From: the human T2T-CHM13v2.0 reference genome, Homo sapiens
DNA: 64,000 nucleotides
NCBI RefSeq assembly: GCF_009914755.1
Contig: NC_060927.1
Direction: 5' to 3' (one strand)
Numbering within the stretch: position 1 is the first letter of the stretch; each line of letters starts with the position of its first letter. Position numbers and translations under genes: made by a program. Under the pieces are notes generated by a model. That model saw only the letters and a program-made list of their open reading frames with translations. It was not told where the DNA came from and made no database searches. This document shows positions 13,562 through 28,500 of this stretch, piece by piece.

Positions 13562-14816
13562 TAGAGGATCTGGGAGCCTGAAGTTTTCTTTGAAGGATTT
13601 TCAACCATACCTTCTCGTTCCAGCCTCACATTGAACTACCTTCAGAGGTACCTCATGTTTCTTAATTCAGATCCTTTTCTGGCTTCTCTGGCATGATTTG
13701 GCTTCTGCTTTGGCTCCCTTCCCTCTTAGCCAGTTAGATTTTGGCTTTCTCTTTTTCATTCACTTTTCACCTTTTAGTAAATTTTGTTGAAACCTCTTAT
13801 ATCCTGTGTGTCATTTCCCGTTCTTTTTGTCCATGTTCATGTACATCTTTTACATTTTTAAATTCTTGTTTTAGTGGGTTTTGGCGGGGAGCAAAGAAGG
13901 ATGTTTATTCAGATTTATTTGTTTAACTGTAAGAGGAACTTGTTTGCATTTTCAGCTCTCCACAGTGCTTGTAACAATTTACATTCTCATCAGCAGGTAT
14001 ATGGGAGTACTTTATTCTTCCATATCCTTGCTAATACGTACTGATTAATAATTTAATTTATTGCTTTTTGCTAAACTGATGGGTGAGAGATAGTACCTTT
14101 AGTTTGCATTCCTCTTATTTTACTGAGGTTGAACAGTTTTTGTTTACTGGCCACTTTGTTTCTTTTTCTGTGATTGCTTGTTCTTTTCTTTTGCCCATTT
14201 TCTATTGAGTTGTTTTTTCCTTACTAATTTGTAGGAGTTGTAGCATTTTCTGGATATTTATACTTTTTTCATTAGGTATGTTGCAAAAATCTTCCAATCT
14301 GTTTCTTGTCTCTCAACTGTGTTTATTCTATCTTTTGTCACATGGAAGTTCTCCCAAAAGTGTTGTCATCTCATAATCTGTAGTTAACATTTTTTTTCTT
14401 ATTCCTAATGTTGTGCATGTGTTATGTGTGATTTTCCTCCCTCAGATTTGCCAAAGGTTTGGAGCCACCTTTTCTTTGTTTAAAACCAAGGCTTTTTGGT
14501 TGGTTTTCTGCCCTTGTCATTCATTTTTTTAAAAAATGTTCTTTGTTCCTTTTTTCTATCTTTTTGTATTGATTGGTTAGTTTTCCATCTTTTTGGTTTT
14601 TCTAATATATTTTAGGACTGTGTATTTTTTTCTCAGTCTGTATTGGTTGCATCCTACTGACTTTTTCATTTGTAAAATGAAGTTGATGGAATACTCTTTT
14701 AATTTCTGAAATATTTTCTACATGGTAGTGTTTTATAGATCAGTAAAGAAAATGTTCTGTTTTACTTCATAACTGTTGTTTGGATTCTCGTTGTTGGTTT
14801 GGTGGTGAACATACTC

Positions 14817-15105
14817 TTTGCAGAACTTTTCCTTGTCCCACGGCCATGAAAATTTAGGCTTGCAAACGGTTTGAAGGGTGAGTAAAGCAGGGTTTTATTG
14901 GGTGAAAAGGAAGAAAAGGGGGAAACAGGAACTCTCACAAAGCTAGAGTCCGAGTTAGAGCACATCCCGCCTGCAGCTTGAATCTCAGGTTCCGCACAGG
15001 AAGAGGAGGGGCCAGTCTCCTCCCTATGGAATTTCCCAAGGCTCCACCTTAGTGAACAGGCTGGTTGGAATTTCTCCAGGGACCCCCTCCCACCTGGCTG
15101 TCTCA
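14817..15105 (-). mobile_element. ERV1 solo LTR, MER61-like, internally deleted
   Basis: Minus strand begins TGAGACAGCCAGGTGGGAGGGGGTCCCTGGAGAAA and contains AATAAA; GC-richer island within old L1-like sequence. Confidence 0.7.
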
Positions 15106-15806
15106 ATATTGAGATAATATTAGCACAATGACGTTGCTACAATTTGTTAACCAAATACTAATGGAGAGTCTGTGTGAACCATACTGTAGGAGACAATGTG
15201 GAGGATATAAAGATATACTTGGTCCCTGGTCTCAAGGAATATCTGTAATTGGCAGACCTTTTTGGCTCCGTAATTTTATTCCACATAGGTGAATAAACAT
15301 ATGGGAAGATTTAAAATCTGATTTGTTTTTCTGTGTTTTGACTTTTCTGGTGTTTAGTAAATCTTATCAGGACTATCATCATTCTGTGTATCTGTAAGAA
15401 GAATCTTCTGAGGTGCTTTACACAGGAGATTTAAGCCCACAAAGCTATCTTTATGGCAGAACTGGACTAAGATCCTGACCTCTTGATTCCCCAGCTAGTT
15501 ACTTTTTGCCATACTCTCTGCTGCAGTAGTGCTTGATTAATGATTTTTCATGTGTTAAATTGGGTGAAGAAAGAAGTGTGAAAATAAAGTTCACAAAGAA
15601 TCTATGAACTCCAGCCAATATCTCTGGCCCAGCTTTTCTGATTCTCTTGTTTCATCCTCTAGTTGGTGGTCTGGAGTTGCACATCCCTAAATACAGATTG
15701 CAGCTGAATAGGGTTGTGTGAATTAGCATTGCAGTATTATTTTGGCCATGTGGATTGGTTGTTCTTGATCCCCACACCTTCCCCTTAAATTAAAAAATTC
15801 TTTTCC

Positions 15807-16102
15807 GGCCGGGTGTGGTGGCTCATGCCTGTAATCCCAGCACTTTGGGAGGCTGAGGCGGGTGGATCACGAGGTCAGGAGTTCGAGATTAGCCTGGCCA
15901 AAATGGTGAAACACTGTCTCTACTAAAAATACAAAAAGTTAGCCGGTCATGGTGGCGGGTGCCTGTAATCGCAGCTGCTCGGGAGGCTGAGGCAGAGAAT
16001 TGCTTGAACCCGGAAGGTGGAGGTTGCAGTGAGCCGAGATCACACCACTGCACTGTAGCCTGGGCGACAGAGTGAGATTCTGTCTCAAAAAAAAAAAAAA
16101 AA
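15807..16102 (+). mobile_element. Alu (AluS-type)
   Basis: Full dimer. Confidence 0.95.
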
Positions 16103-16162
16103 TTTTTTTTTCCTTTTTAAAAATTAAATATAGAATTTAATCTTTATTTAAAAATTTTAACA

Positions 16163-16450
16163 TTTTTGTTTTTTTAAGACAGGGCCTTGGCTCAGTTGCT
16201 CAGCTGCCCAGGCTGGAGTACAGTGGCGCCACAATAGCCTACTGCAGCCTCGATCTCCTGGGCTCAAGCAATCCTACTTCAACCTCCCAAGTGGGTGCAT
16301 ACTACCATACCTGGCTAATTATTAAATTTTTAGTAGAGAGGAGGTCTTGCTGTGTTGTCCAGGCTGGTCTTGAACTCCTGAACTCAAGCAGTCCTCCTGT
16401 CTTGGCCTCCCAAGTGCTGGGATTACAGGTGTGAGCCACCATACCTGGCC
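16163..16450 (-). mobile_element. Alu (AluJ-type)
   Basis: Diverged reverse dimer. Confidence 0.92.
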
Positions 16451-16474
16451 AATTTTTTTTTTTTTTTAAACTAG

Positions 16475-16776
<302 letters not shown>

Positions 16777-19016
16777 TAAACTAGAATTTCTAATGGGAAT
16801 TTGTCCTGTACCTATTTGTGGTATTTCAAAGAAATGTATTTATTTCCTAGTTTCTTTTTCCCCATGAGATTTTTAAGTTGAGTTATTATATATTTGTGCC
16901 AAAGTGGTTGAGTTTTATAAAATACTGGAGAACATATATAAGTACTTCTCCATTGTTGCAAAACAGTAATCTGTAACTACCATTTGTCATACATGTACTC
17001 CTGTGTGTCCAGGAACTATTTTAAGCACTTCATATACAGTACCATTTATTCCTCACGCTTAAAGGAGGTATTATTACTCTTTAGGAAAGGTTCAGAGAAA
17101 TTGAATAATTTTTTCATGATCACATAGCTAAGAGTTGGGATTCAAACTCAGGGCTATCTGACTTGAAAGACTGTGACATTATACCTTTTAAATATATTTG
17201 GGATTTTATAGTTTTGGTTAAAAAAATTCGCTTATTTCTAAAATAGAATCTATGAAGACACCAATTTTTTTGCACCATTATTTTCCACAATGTGCTAGTT
17301 TTTGCCAACTCCTGGCTTAGCATACTGGCTTTCCCTGTGCCTACTTATACAAAACTTGCAGCCTAGGTCTACTTTGTTAGAGATACATCCTAGGCTAGAG
17401 TCTGCTGCTATAGTAAAGTGTACTTAAATGTTAAAGAGAAGGGTGTGGTAGATTCTCTTGTTTCTGTGGATTCCCTATCTAGAGAACTTTGATGCTTGTG
17501 ATCTGGGCTGAACTATGAGGGATAATACCTTGTGGAATTATATTGAAGGAGTAGCTTATGGTAGTTGGATCTCCTGGAACAGATTTTGCTCATGGTAACT
17601 GCAGTTAGCAATGGCTGCTTTCTTTTGTAAAGCATTTGTTGATCTCTCTCATTTTGTTGGGGTTTTCTCCATGCTGATCAGACATTGTTGATTTCCAGTG
17701 ATTGCCCTCCTGTTGTACTTTTATTTCAACTTCTATAATCTGTCCTAAGATAGCCATTTTACTTTGAGGGTTTCATCACATAGCTTCTAATCATTCAGTT
17801 ACAGGATATAAATGCCCTGTTCCCCCCATACAGCTCAGGTTTTGTTAGTTGGCCTCAAAAACTTTGGGGTGAAGAGAATGGGTATAAAAATTTTAGTGCA
17901 TTCAGTTTAGCCATTCTTCTTTTCCTCACCCATTTGCAGAGGAAGTAACCTCATTTCCTACTACTCCCTTCCTTGTTTACTTTATAGCAAGGGTCAGCAA
18001 AATAAGGCCTGCTCAGCTGCCTGTTTTTGTATGGCCTGTGAGCACCACTCCAGTGGGTTAGCATTGTGAGTGTTGGAGAACTAGCTTAGCTGTTTGCCTC
18101 TGTTCCATTCTCCCCTTTGCTTCTAGCTCCTGTCACCCTGGCCAGTGGCCATGCTTTATTGCTGCCCAGACTTACTGTGGTGCTGCCTACACCAGAGTAA
18201 ATATTCTGCTTGGCGTTGGCTTGGCACTAAATGGTATAATCTCAGTCTGGAAATTGGTGACTCAGCAAATTATCTCACCTACGGCCCCCTGGGGCAGGTG
18301 CCCACAGTAGACTCTCCCTGAGAATTTTGATCTCATTGGGGTAGAGTAAAACTGACCATGTTGGTCACTCCTCCTGTCTCCCTATGGCTCCTTTCCATCA
18401 GACAGGTACTTTTTCTTTGGAGAATGTCTCCAGGATGGCACCTGGGCAGCCGTGTGCCACAATTTTGGGATGGCCCAACCTAGGCAAAAAAGGTACAGGG
18501 CAGGGCAGGGGTTTTTCCTCTTGTTATATAAGTAGTTACATACTTATTATATGCTTGATTTAGCCTTTTTCCCAGCAGAGTCTAGAATATCACTGTTCAG
18601 AAAAAGTTTGCCAGTCCTGGCTTTATAGCCATATTGGCCTCCTTGCTGTGCCAAGCACACCTTTAGGCGTTGTTGCCTCAGACCTTTAGCACTTGCTGTT
18701 CCCTTCTTATGGGCTTGTTCTTTGATAGCTCCTGTTCATTCACAAACCAGAATTTTAGGTTTTATTTTTCAGAGATAGAAGAAAACTTTGCATTTTACCG
18801 ATTCATTTGCTTGGGGCTAGCAACAAAACAGAGAGCAAATAGATCTAGTCTTTGCTTTCATGGAATTTAGAATCCTTTGAGAGAAAAGACAATAAACATA
18901 ATCCCACCAATAATATATCACAAATTGTGTTAAATCCTATGAAGAAAATGTTCAGGGACCTGAGAGATTATAAATGGAGGGGCAACTAATTTTAAAAAGG
19001 GGTTACATTGACTGTA

Positions 19017-19310
19017 TTTTTTTGAGACAAGATTTCACGCCATGGCCCATCCTGGAGTACAGTGGTGGGATCACAGCTCACTTCAGCCTTGACCTCCTGG
19101 GCTCAAGTGATCCTCCCACCTTATCCCGCTGCATAGTCCCTTTGGGGGACTGTAGGCCCACCACCACACCTGGCTGACGTGTGTATGTATGTGTAAAGAT
19201 GAGGTCTCACTATGTGCCCAGGGTGGTCTCAAACCCCTAGGCTCAGGTGATCCTCCTACCTCAGCCTCCCAAAGTGTTGGGATTACAGGCATGAGCCACA
19301 GCGCCTGGCC
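19017..19310 (-). mobile_element. Alu (AluJ-type)
   Basis: Diverged reverse dimer. Confidence 0.9.
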
Positions 19311-20264
19311 TAGATTAACTTTATCACTTCTGCTGCCACCGTGGACTCCATTGATCCGTGCTAGCATCATCTCTTGACTGGATTACTACGGTAGCTTCCT
19401 AACTGATCTCTCTACTTCTGCTCGTGCACACCTGCAGTCAGTTTTCTACACAACAGTCATGGTGACTGTATGAAAATAAGTCATATTGCTGTTTTGTCCA
19501 AACCTTTTGATGATTCACACTCTTACACTATATAGTAAAACTCAGAAGTCTTACAGTTGCACTCAAGGCATCATTACTTCTTTGACTTCATCACTTACTA
19601 TTTTCTCCCTTGCTCACTCTATGATCATATTGGTCTCCTTGCCATGCCAGATACATTCTTAAGTACCCTCTTGTCCCAGGGTATTGGCACTTGATTTTCC
19701 CTAGATTGGAAATTCTCAGATATCTGCTTGGCTCACCTCATCACCTTTTTCATGCCTTTTATGGTCATGCTGTTTTAGAGTTAAAACTTTTTTTCATGTA
19801 GTCAAATGACCATGTTATTTAAAACGACAACCTTCTTACCTCTCCTCATATATTCACTTTATTCCTCTTGTCTCTTTATTCTCCATGGCACTTACCACTG
19901 TCTTCTATATAATATTTTTGCTTTTTTGTCTTCCCCTCTAAAAGCTTCACAAGAGCACAGATTTTTAGATGTTTACTGCTAAATTCTTAATGTCCTAAAA
20001 CTGGTGCATAGTAAGCTCTTAGTATATATTTGTTGAATGAATGAATGAGGAAAACTTTCTTTGATAACAATGTCAGCCTAGACAATAGTGAGAAATGGTG
20101 GTAAAAAGAGTGAAGGCCCTGAGCAAGGAGAGCCTATAATTTAGTGACTCGAATGTATAGTGAATATCCTGAGATGAGGCTGGAGAGTTGGATGATAGCC
20201 ATATCCTGTAAGACCTTCAACATTTTTGGATGTAATTTTAAGTGTAATGGGAATCCACCAAAGG

Positions 20265-21385
20265 GTTTCAGTACTTAATACTTCAGAGTTTATTTCCTGA
20301 GTACAAAGATATTCTCCTGTATAACCATAGTACAACTTTCAAAGTCAGGAAGTTGGCATTGATTCATTATTACCATTTAATCTGTAGAATTCATTCAAAT
20401 ATTGCTGATTTTCCTAATATTATTTACAGGTTCAGGATCTAATCTAGAATCATGCAGTGCATTTAATTGTTACGTCTCTTTAATCTCCTTCAATCTGGAC
20501 CAGTTCTTCAGTTTTTCTCGTCTTTCATGACCTTGACATTTTTGAAGAGTACAGGCTAATTACTTTTTAGAATTTTCCTCAATAAAGGCTTGTCTCATTT
20601 TCTTGTGATTTCTGCATTTTTGCATAGGAGTACCAGCGAAGTGATGCTGTGTTCTTTCTAGTGCATATCAGGAAAAATAAGATGTGGATTTGTTCTGTAG
20701 TGGTAATGTTTATTTTTATCGCTTGGTTAAGATGGTGTTTGCCAGGTTTCTTGACCTTACAGTTAATAAGCTTGTTGTACTAATTAGTAAATATTTTGTG
20801 GGGAGATACTTTGGGACTATGTAATATCCTGTTTCATTACACACTTTTCATTATTTTATCATTTATTGATGAATCTTACCAGAATTAGATATTATACTCT
20901 GAAAGGTACCAAATGGTAATTTTTCTAATTTCATCTAGACTATGGTACCGTAGGATAGAGTTTTCCCTATTCACCTGTTTATTTACCTCCGAATGGTGGT
21001 CTTTTCCTCAATGGGCTCTTATTTTTTACTGTTATTTTATTTAGATTGGTTCAGTGCTTAGCCATTGGGAGCCCCTTAAAGCTACCTCCTGTGCCCTTTT
21101 GACATGTCCTCATCATTTTTTGAGTACTTCCTTAACTTTCTGGCATAGCAAGATGTTTTAGACTTGAATATTGAATTTTTTCAGTCTCAGCCCTTGAGTC
21201 AGCCATTTCTCTAAGGAGCACTTGGCTCATTTTAATGCAAAAGATTATCTGGGCAGTAGGTGTGCTTATTGCTACTGTGAAGTGTTACTGCTTATAGGCC
21301 CTCTTAGCATATACATTTAGGAAATACATAGTTACACATTTATACTTGTTTTTATTTCTCTCTGCTACCTTTAAAAAATGAGTTA
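20265..21385 (-). mobile_element. Old L1 (L1MC/ME-type) 3' fragment
   Basis: Motifs such as gtgcatttaattgttacgtctctttaatctcc and gtggggagatactttgggactatg typical of L1MC-family 3' ends. Confidence 0.55.
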
Positions 21386-21387
21386 AA

Positions 21388-21553
21388 AACTAGCTGGGTG
21401 TGGTGACATGCACCTGTAGTCCTGGCAGCTCAGGGGCTAAAGTGGGCAGATTGCTTGAGCCTGGGAGTTCAAGGTTACCGTGTACTGTGATTGTGCTACT
21501 GTACTGCAGCCTGGGCAACAGAATGATACCCTGTCTGTAAACAAACAAAAAAA
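21388..21553 (+). mobile_element. Alu right-arm monomer (FRAM-like)
   Basis: Single right arm with A tail. Confidence 0.8.
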
Positions 21554-21627
21554 GTTCACATTGATATCTCCAGTTCCAGTTTAAAACTGTGGAGTTATTC
21601 TAACCTTCTGCCTTCTCATGTTTGTGG

Positions 21628-21916
21628 ATTTTTTTTTTTTTTTTTGAGACAGGTTCTTGCCCAGGCTGGAGTACAGTGGCGCTGTCTTGGCCCACTGCAG
21701 CCATGACCTCCAGATCAAGTGATCCTCCCACCTCAGCCTCATGAGTAGCTGGGACCACAGGTGTGCGCCACCATGCCTGGCTAATGTTTGTATTTTTAGT
21801 AGAGACAGGGTTTTGCTGTGTTTCCTAGGCTGGTCTCGAACTCTGGGCTCAAGTGATCCACCTGCCTCAGCCTCCCAGAGTGCTAGGATTACAGGCGTGA
21901 TCTGCTGTGCCTGGCC
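21628..21916 (-). mobile_element. Alu (AluJ-type)
   Basis: Reverse dimer. Confidence 0.92.
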
Positions 21917-22803
21917 CTTTCAGGTATTTGTATCTCTGACCTTGGGAAACTTGGCTTCCATTATCTTCAATGTATTTACTTAATTGGATAGTTTTTCCTG
22001 TTTATAACCAAACTCATAGCCATGCCAGCCAAAAGCTTGGTCTCAGATATGTTGCCCACTCCTGCTGAAAATTTGCCCCCAGAAATAATCATTACAAAAA
22101 TACCCCTGATGAAGGGGTGGGGGAAGTATAAGGGAAAAAGGAAAGGAGGAAAGATTAGAGGCCAGTTAGAAAGCTTGGCCTGACCCTTTTCTCCTCCTTT
22201 CCCTGCCAGACTTGCTGACTGACAGCTCACCCTGATGGGGGGAAGTCTGCTTTATATTTTGTGATCATTCTGGCTGCTATGCAGAAAACAGGTCGGAAAG
22301 AATGAGAAAGGAGATGGAGAGGTTGTCTAGGAAACTTTTGGATTTCTAGCTGAAAGACAGTGGTAGCTTTGATGTGCTGTGTGGCAGTGCTGGAGACAGA
22401 TAGAGATGGGCTTACCCAAAACATTTAAAAGTCGGTAAACCTGTTTTTAATTGGCAGTTTACCAGAGATACTAATTTGTCTAATGGATACAAACTTATTT
22501 ATTTTAGTAAGAAATAGTATTTTTAAGAAATATTTTGGTTTTCAGAGCAGATGTTAGTTTGCTTTTAGCCAATAACAGTTGATAAATATTTTTCTGTGGT
22601 GGTGGGTATGACTTTTTGTTCATAGTTTTTCACTGCATATATTTTTTAAGCTTCTGGTTTACGTATTAAAAAACTTTTTTTCATATAAAATAGCTGCTCA
22701 AAGTAAGCATGAATAATTTTTGTATCATTTTAAACCAGTTGTAATTACATAAATGCATGTAATATTTAGCTCTGGTAATTATTAATTCTGCTCTATTTTT
22801 TAG

Positions 22804-22858
22804 ATATTATGATCAGATTTGTTCTATTGAACCCAAATTCCCATTTTCTGAAAATCAG
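22804..22858 (+). CDS. PDCD6IP: PDCD6IP exon 2
   Basis: tttttag|A TAT TAT GAT; YYDQICSIEPKFPFSENQ; donor CAG|GTAAGT. Confidence 0.97.
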
Positions 22859-24290
22859 GTAAGTCATTAATTCTGTCTTAAAATTATATGGTAATAGCAC
22901 CCATTTCCTTCTGCCAATATCTTCACTGTCTTTAGAGTTTTATGAGATAGTGTTATAAAAATAGGAGCTTTTAGATCTGTCTAATGCGAATATATGTGCT
23001 TCTGAAGAAAGAATCTCCTGGAATTCTGTTCATGTCATTCTTCAGTCACTTCTGGGGCTCATGTAGAGCAATGGTTTGTTTTTCTTTGGACTTCATTTTA
23101 TGTCAGTAGGATCTGTTGACTGATTAATCTGCTGTGTCCTTTCCTTTGACTTTTTCAGAATTAGGAAGGAAACTGCACAATTCAGGAATTATTAGTCTCA
23201 GTTTATGTGCTTTAAAAATTATTCGCACAAGTTACATTTGCATGTAAAAGTTGCAAATGCTGTTTTGATTAAATGTTAATTACATGAATGTCAACTATTT
23301 TCTCCTTAAAGGCTAGATGTTGAAAATGCTGATAATTTCTTATAGTTTTATTTTGGAGATTGGATAAAGATTTTAAAATTAGTGATACTTTTAAATTTTA
23401 AAATAGTTATAAGAAAAGTACTTTAAACATTCTTGTACTAAAGTTTTTACAGGTGAAATAATTATATGTTGAGATTTCCTTTAATATATTCCTGGAAAAA
23501 AAGTGTAGGTGGCTGGAGGCAGGGCAAATTGGGAGGTAGATGAACCAAGAAGGGCAAAAGACTAAAGCTGCTGATGGATGTACTGGAGTTCATTCTCTTT
23601 ATTCTCTTTAGTTTTTCTGTATGTTTGAAAATTTCCCTAATCAAGAGTTTAGAAATTTTTGTATTAGATTGCAATAAATAATTTAAATGAGGTTTATTTC
23701 TTTCTAATCTTTGTATGTGATAATACATATTTCAGGAGCAGAGAGAGAGTTTTTTAATAAACATTTAATTTTCATGTAGCATATGGAAAAGTGAACAAAT
23801 CACGGGTATAGCTTGAATCTTACAAAGTGAATATGTCTGTATAACCACCACCTAGATAAATAAATAAAATATTAACCTATTCCCCAAAATAACCATTCTC
23901 CTACTTTTGTCATCATGGAATAGTTTTTAATTTCATCTTCTAGGAAACCTGTAGTACTTACTTTTATTTCCCTTGCTTCACTTAGCTTATTTGACAAGGA
24001 TCTACTACTTATTTTGTTCCGTTGAAGTCATTGTGTGTTTATAAAGATGAATAAGATAGTGTTTATGATTACCAAGGCAGAATGACCATTTGAAATATCC
24101 CAGTGCCAGTATTTTACTTTTTTTAGATTTCAATTTAAAAGGAGAAGGAAAGGAAGTTGGGTGGTTATAGGAGATAATATTTTGAGCTTTTGTCCTTTTT
24201 TTCATGGTGGATTTTTCTTCAAAGAAGACTTAATATTTAATGAGATTCAGGAAGGTTACCTAATTTTCTGTTTTCTTTCATTCTATCCAG

Positions 24291-24360
24291 ATCTGCTTGA
24301 CATTTACCTGGAAGGATGCTTTCGATAAAGGTTCACTTTTTGGAGGCTCTGTAAAACTGG
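24291..24360 (+). CDS. PDCD6IP: PDCD6IP exon 3
   Basis: ctatccag|ATC; ICLTFTWKDAFDKGSLFGGSVKL; donor TGG|GTATGT. Confidence 0.97.
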
Positions 24361-24875
24361 GTATGTAATTTTTAATAAAAGTGATAGGAAAATTGGTCTA
24401 ACTACTTTGCATTGTTTTTAGTTTTTAAAATTGTTATCCTAATGACTCTTTGTAAATACTAAAGTTTTTTACATTTCATTCTCTTTTTAGCTTCAACTTT
24501 TAATGCAATTTTGAAATATTTGTAGAGAGCCCATGCCTTGCCAGGCACTGTCCTAGTTATAAAAATGAATAAAACCGATGTACTTAGTTTTTGGGAAGAT
24601 AGTTGATCATTTAAAAGTGTAATATGTAATAGCCTATGAACAAACTCATGGAAGCATATATGAGGAAGAAAGTAATTCTACCTTTTGAAAGCAGACAATG
24701 TTTGAGTTAGGCCTTGAAGGATGGATTTGTAGAAAATAATATTACAGATACAAAATCATAACCATAGGTCAGAAGGGTGAGGACATTTGATCTACCAGCT
24801 CCAGCAAGATAACCTCTCTGTGCCTTAATTTTCTTATCTGTGAAATGGAGATAATACTATTTCTCTCATTGGATT

Positions 24876-25160
<285 letters not shown>

Positions 25161-25239
25161 TATTCCATTAGATTCTTATGTGGATTAAATGAGTGAATAC
25201 ATGTAAAGTCCTAAGAACAGTGCTTTATTAGCTGCAATG

Positions 25240-25930
25240 AATAATTATATTATTATATAACATTGTAATGTATATGTGATATATGTATATTTCATGTATA
25301 TATGTATATTTCATGTATATTATATGTATATATGTATTATATATGCACATATAATGTGTATTATATGTGCATATATAATGTGTATTATATATGCATGTAT
25401 GTATATATGTGTATATAATGTGTATTATATATATGTATGTATATATGTAAGTATATAATGTATTATATACATATATGTATATATACTTACATATACACAC
25501 ATATATAGTATATTTGTATACATATATACATTTATGTGTATGTATAGTATATATAATATGTATACTATATGCATGTATTATTCATATACATATATGTATA
25601 TACATATATACATATATATTCATGTACACATATACATATATGTATATATTATATATAAGAAATATGTATATATACACATGCATTATATATAAGTATGTAT
25701 AATATGCCTTATGGTATATCCTTTTTATAGTATACATATACATTAAGATATGCTATAATATATACTATATACCTTCTAAGATATAGATGTATAATATGTA
25801 TTATATAGTATGTGCATACCATATACATACATGTATCTATATATCTTATATAAGGTTTATACTTATATATAGGTGAGGAAATGGAAATATATATTTTATA
25901 GTAGATATTATATATAATGTTAATTTAATA
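25240..25930. repeat. Degenerate (TA)n/(TATG)n/(TACA)n low-complexity tract, about 0.7 kb
   Basis: Direct inspection. Confidence 0.95.
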
Positions 25931-26956
25931 ATAATTATTGTTATGGCTTGTAACCATAGGTTGAATTGGGGATTATGGAGGGTGATGATATTAGAAAGCA
26001 GATTGTGGAGAGTTGCAAATATTATGCTCCTGACTTTGTACTTTTCCCTCTTATATAATAATAGTGCATGTTTATTGGGCATTTATTTTACCCAGGTACT
26101 CTGGAAGGGACTTCATAAATAGTCTTACTGAATTCTCCAATAGCTTAATGAGGAAAAGGCACTATTATTGCCAGTTGAACAAACTGGTTTAGAAAGATTA
26201 CGTGATTTTCTGAAGTCATATGGTTAGGATTTAATGAAGCTGGGATATGAATCTAGAAGGCCTAACTCCCGGGACTAGAGAGAAACAGACCAGTGAGGAG
26301 ACTGATGAGAGATGATGAGGTTAGACAAGCTAGTGTGTGCAAGTTACAGAAGAGAGGGATTTCAGACTTTTCAGAGGTGAAGTTGACTGAATTTGCTGAC
26401 TACCAGTCAGAAGGAAGAGTAAGAGTTGAGGCTTGACTCTGAGATTTAATAAGTTGGTTTGACCTGTTGGATATTTATTCCTCTTTAGTAGAAAGGTTGA
26501 CTCTGATTTTTCTGTGTTATGTCTGGGTAGACATTTCTCTGGCATTTTGAAATAAAGGATTTAAAGCTCAGAAGAGAAAGATATACATTCGGGAACAATT
26601 ATTAGGTGATAATAAATTTATTCCTTCTGGCAGATAATTGACTGAGAAAAGTATCAAAGTCAGAGCTAAGTAATATAACATTCAGGGGAAATAGAGGAAG
26701 AGGTTCTGGGAATGAGGTTGAGAAAAAGCTTTCATATCTTACAGGAACCAGGGTAAAATAGAGATGTGAAGGAATGCCAGAAGAGTTTCAAAGGTGATGT
26801 GGTCCAGTGGTTCCCAAACCTGGCTGCGTATTAGTATTACCTGGGAAAAATGTTAAAGGTTTATCTTTAAAGATGAAGATACAGAGTGCCAGATGTGATA
26901 GGAGAAAGTTTTGGAGTAGGGCACTGGAATTAGTATCTTTGGAAATATCTCCGGGT

Positions 26957-27343
<387 letters not shown>

Positions 27344-28202
27344 TCATGTAAGGTTGGAGAAGTCACTGGATTTAGCAGAGAGAAGTTTCTCTTGGAGTAT
27401 CCTGAATAAGCATCAGATTGAGGGGTGAATGGGAGGTGAGGGAATGGAAACAGTAAATGTGGGTTGCTCATTTCAGGAAATCTACAGTAAAGATTTGGGG
27501 ACAAAGGGAGCATCATTCTGAGAGGGAGCCAAGGTGCAGAAAAGGATTTTTAGTATTGTTATGACTTAAGAAATTTGGTAGGCTGAGAATAAGGAGCAGA
27601 TGGCAGGAGAACTAGGAGACACTTGAGTGATGAACTCAAGTATCCAGAAGAACTGGGAAGCAAAAAATTAGATCATAAACAGGAGGTGGTTCATCAAGGC
27701 ATTTCTAGTAGCAAAAATTGGTAATTAAATGTCCTTCAGTAATGTCTTGGTTAAATAAAAGGCTACTCATTCATTTGAATATTGTGTACTTTTGGAATAC
27801 TAAGAATAAAAATGCATATATGTATTTGTTGATATGTAAAGTTATATCAATGGAATATTGAATAAAAGGCCTGCCTTAGTTCAGAGTTGTTGCATTGTAC
27901 AACTCTAGGGTCCCCGGAATTGGGCTCCTTGGGACACTCCTCATACAGAACTCAGAGTAATTCCTCCTCCCTCGAGTTGTGCACTCCAGGCAACTCGAGT
28001 GTGGTATAGTATCCACTTTGTGAAAAGTTATGTGTGTGAATGTTTATGTAGTTATTTGTGAGATACCAAAAAATAAATTCTGGTTAACTCTGGAAGATGA
28101 GATGTTGGGTGATTTTTAATTATTTTTTTGTAGTTTAGAAAAATTGTTTGAATTTTAGAAAGCTGTTATTTTCATGAGTTATTTTCATTTTGAAAAACTT
28201 AG

Positions 28203-28500
28203 AGGCTGGAAGTGGTGGCTCGTGCCTGTAATCCCAGTACTTGGGGAGGCCAAGACAGGTGGATCACTTGAGCCCAGGAGTACAAGACCAGCTTGGGGAA
28301 CAGACGAAACTCTGTCTCTACAAAAAATAAAAAAATTAGCCAGACATGGTGGTGTGTGCCTGTAGTCCTAGCTGTTTAGGGGGTTGAGGTGAGAGGATTG
28401 CTTGAGCCTGGGAGGTTGAGGCTGCAATAAGCCATGATCACGCCACTGTACTTCAGCCTGGGTGACAGAGTGACACCTTGTCTCAAAAGAAAAAAAAAAG
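28203..28500 (+). mobile_element. Alu (AluJ-type)
   Basis: Full dimer. Confidence 0.93.

Noticed and set aside
14762-15106. 114-aa minus-strand ORF
   Set aside because: Coincides with a MER61-like LTR, lacks an ATG start and has no coding signature.
25228-25702. Y/I/C/M-rich ORFs on both strands
   Set aside because: Artefacts of the TA-rich low-complexity tract.
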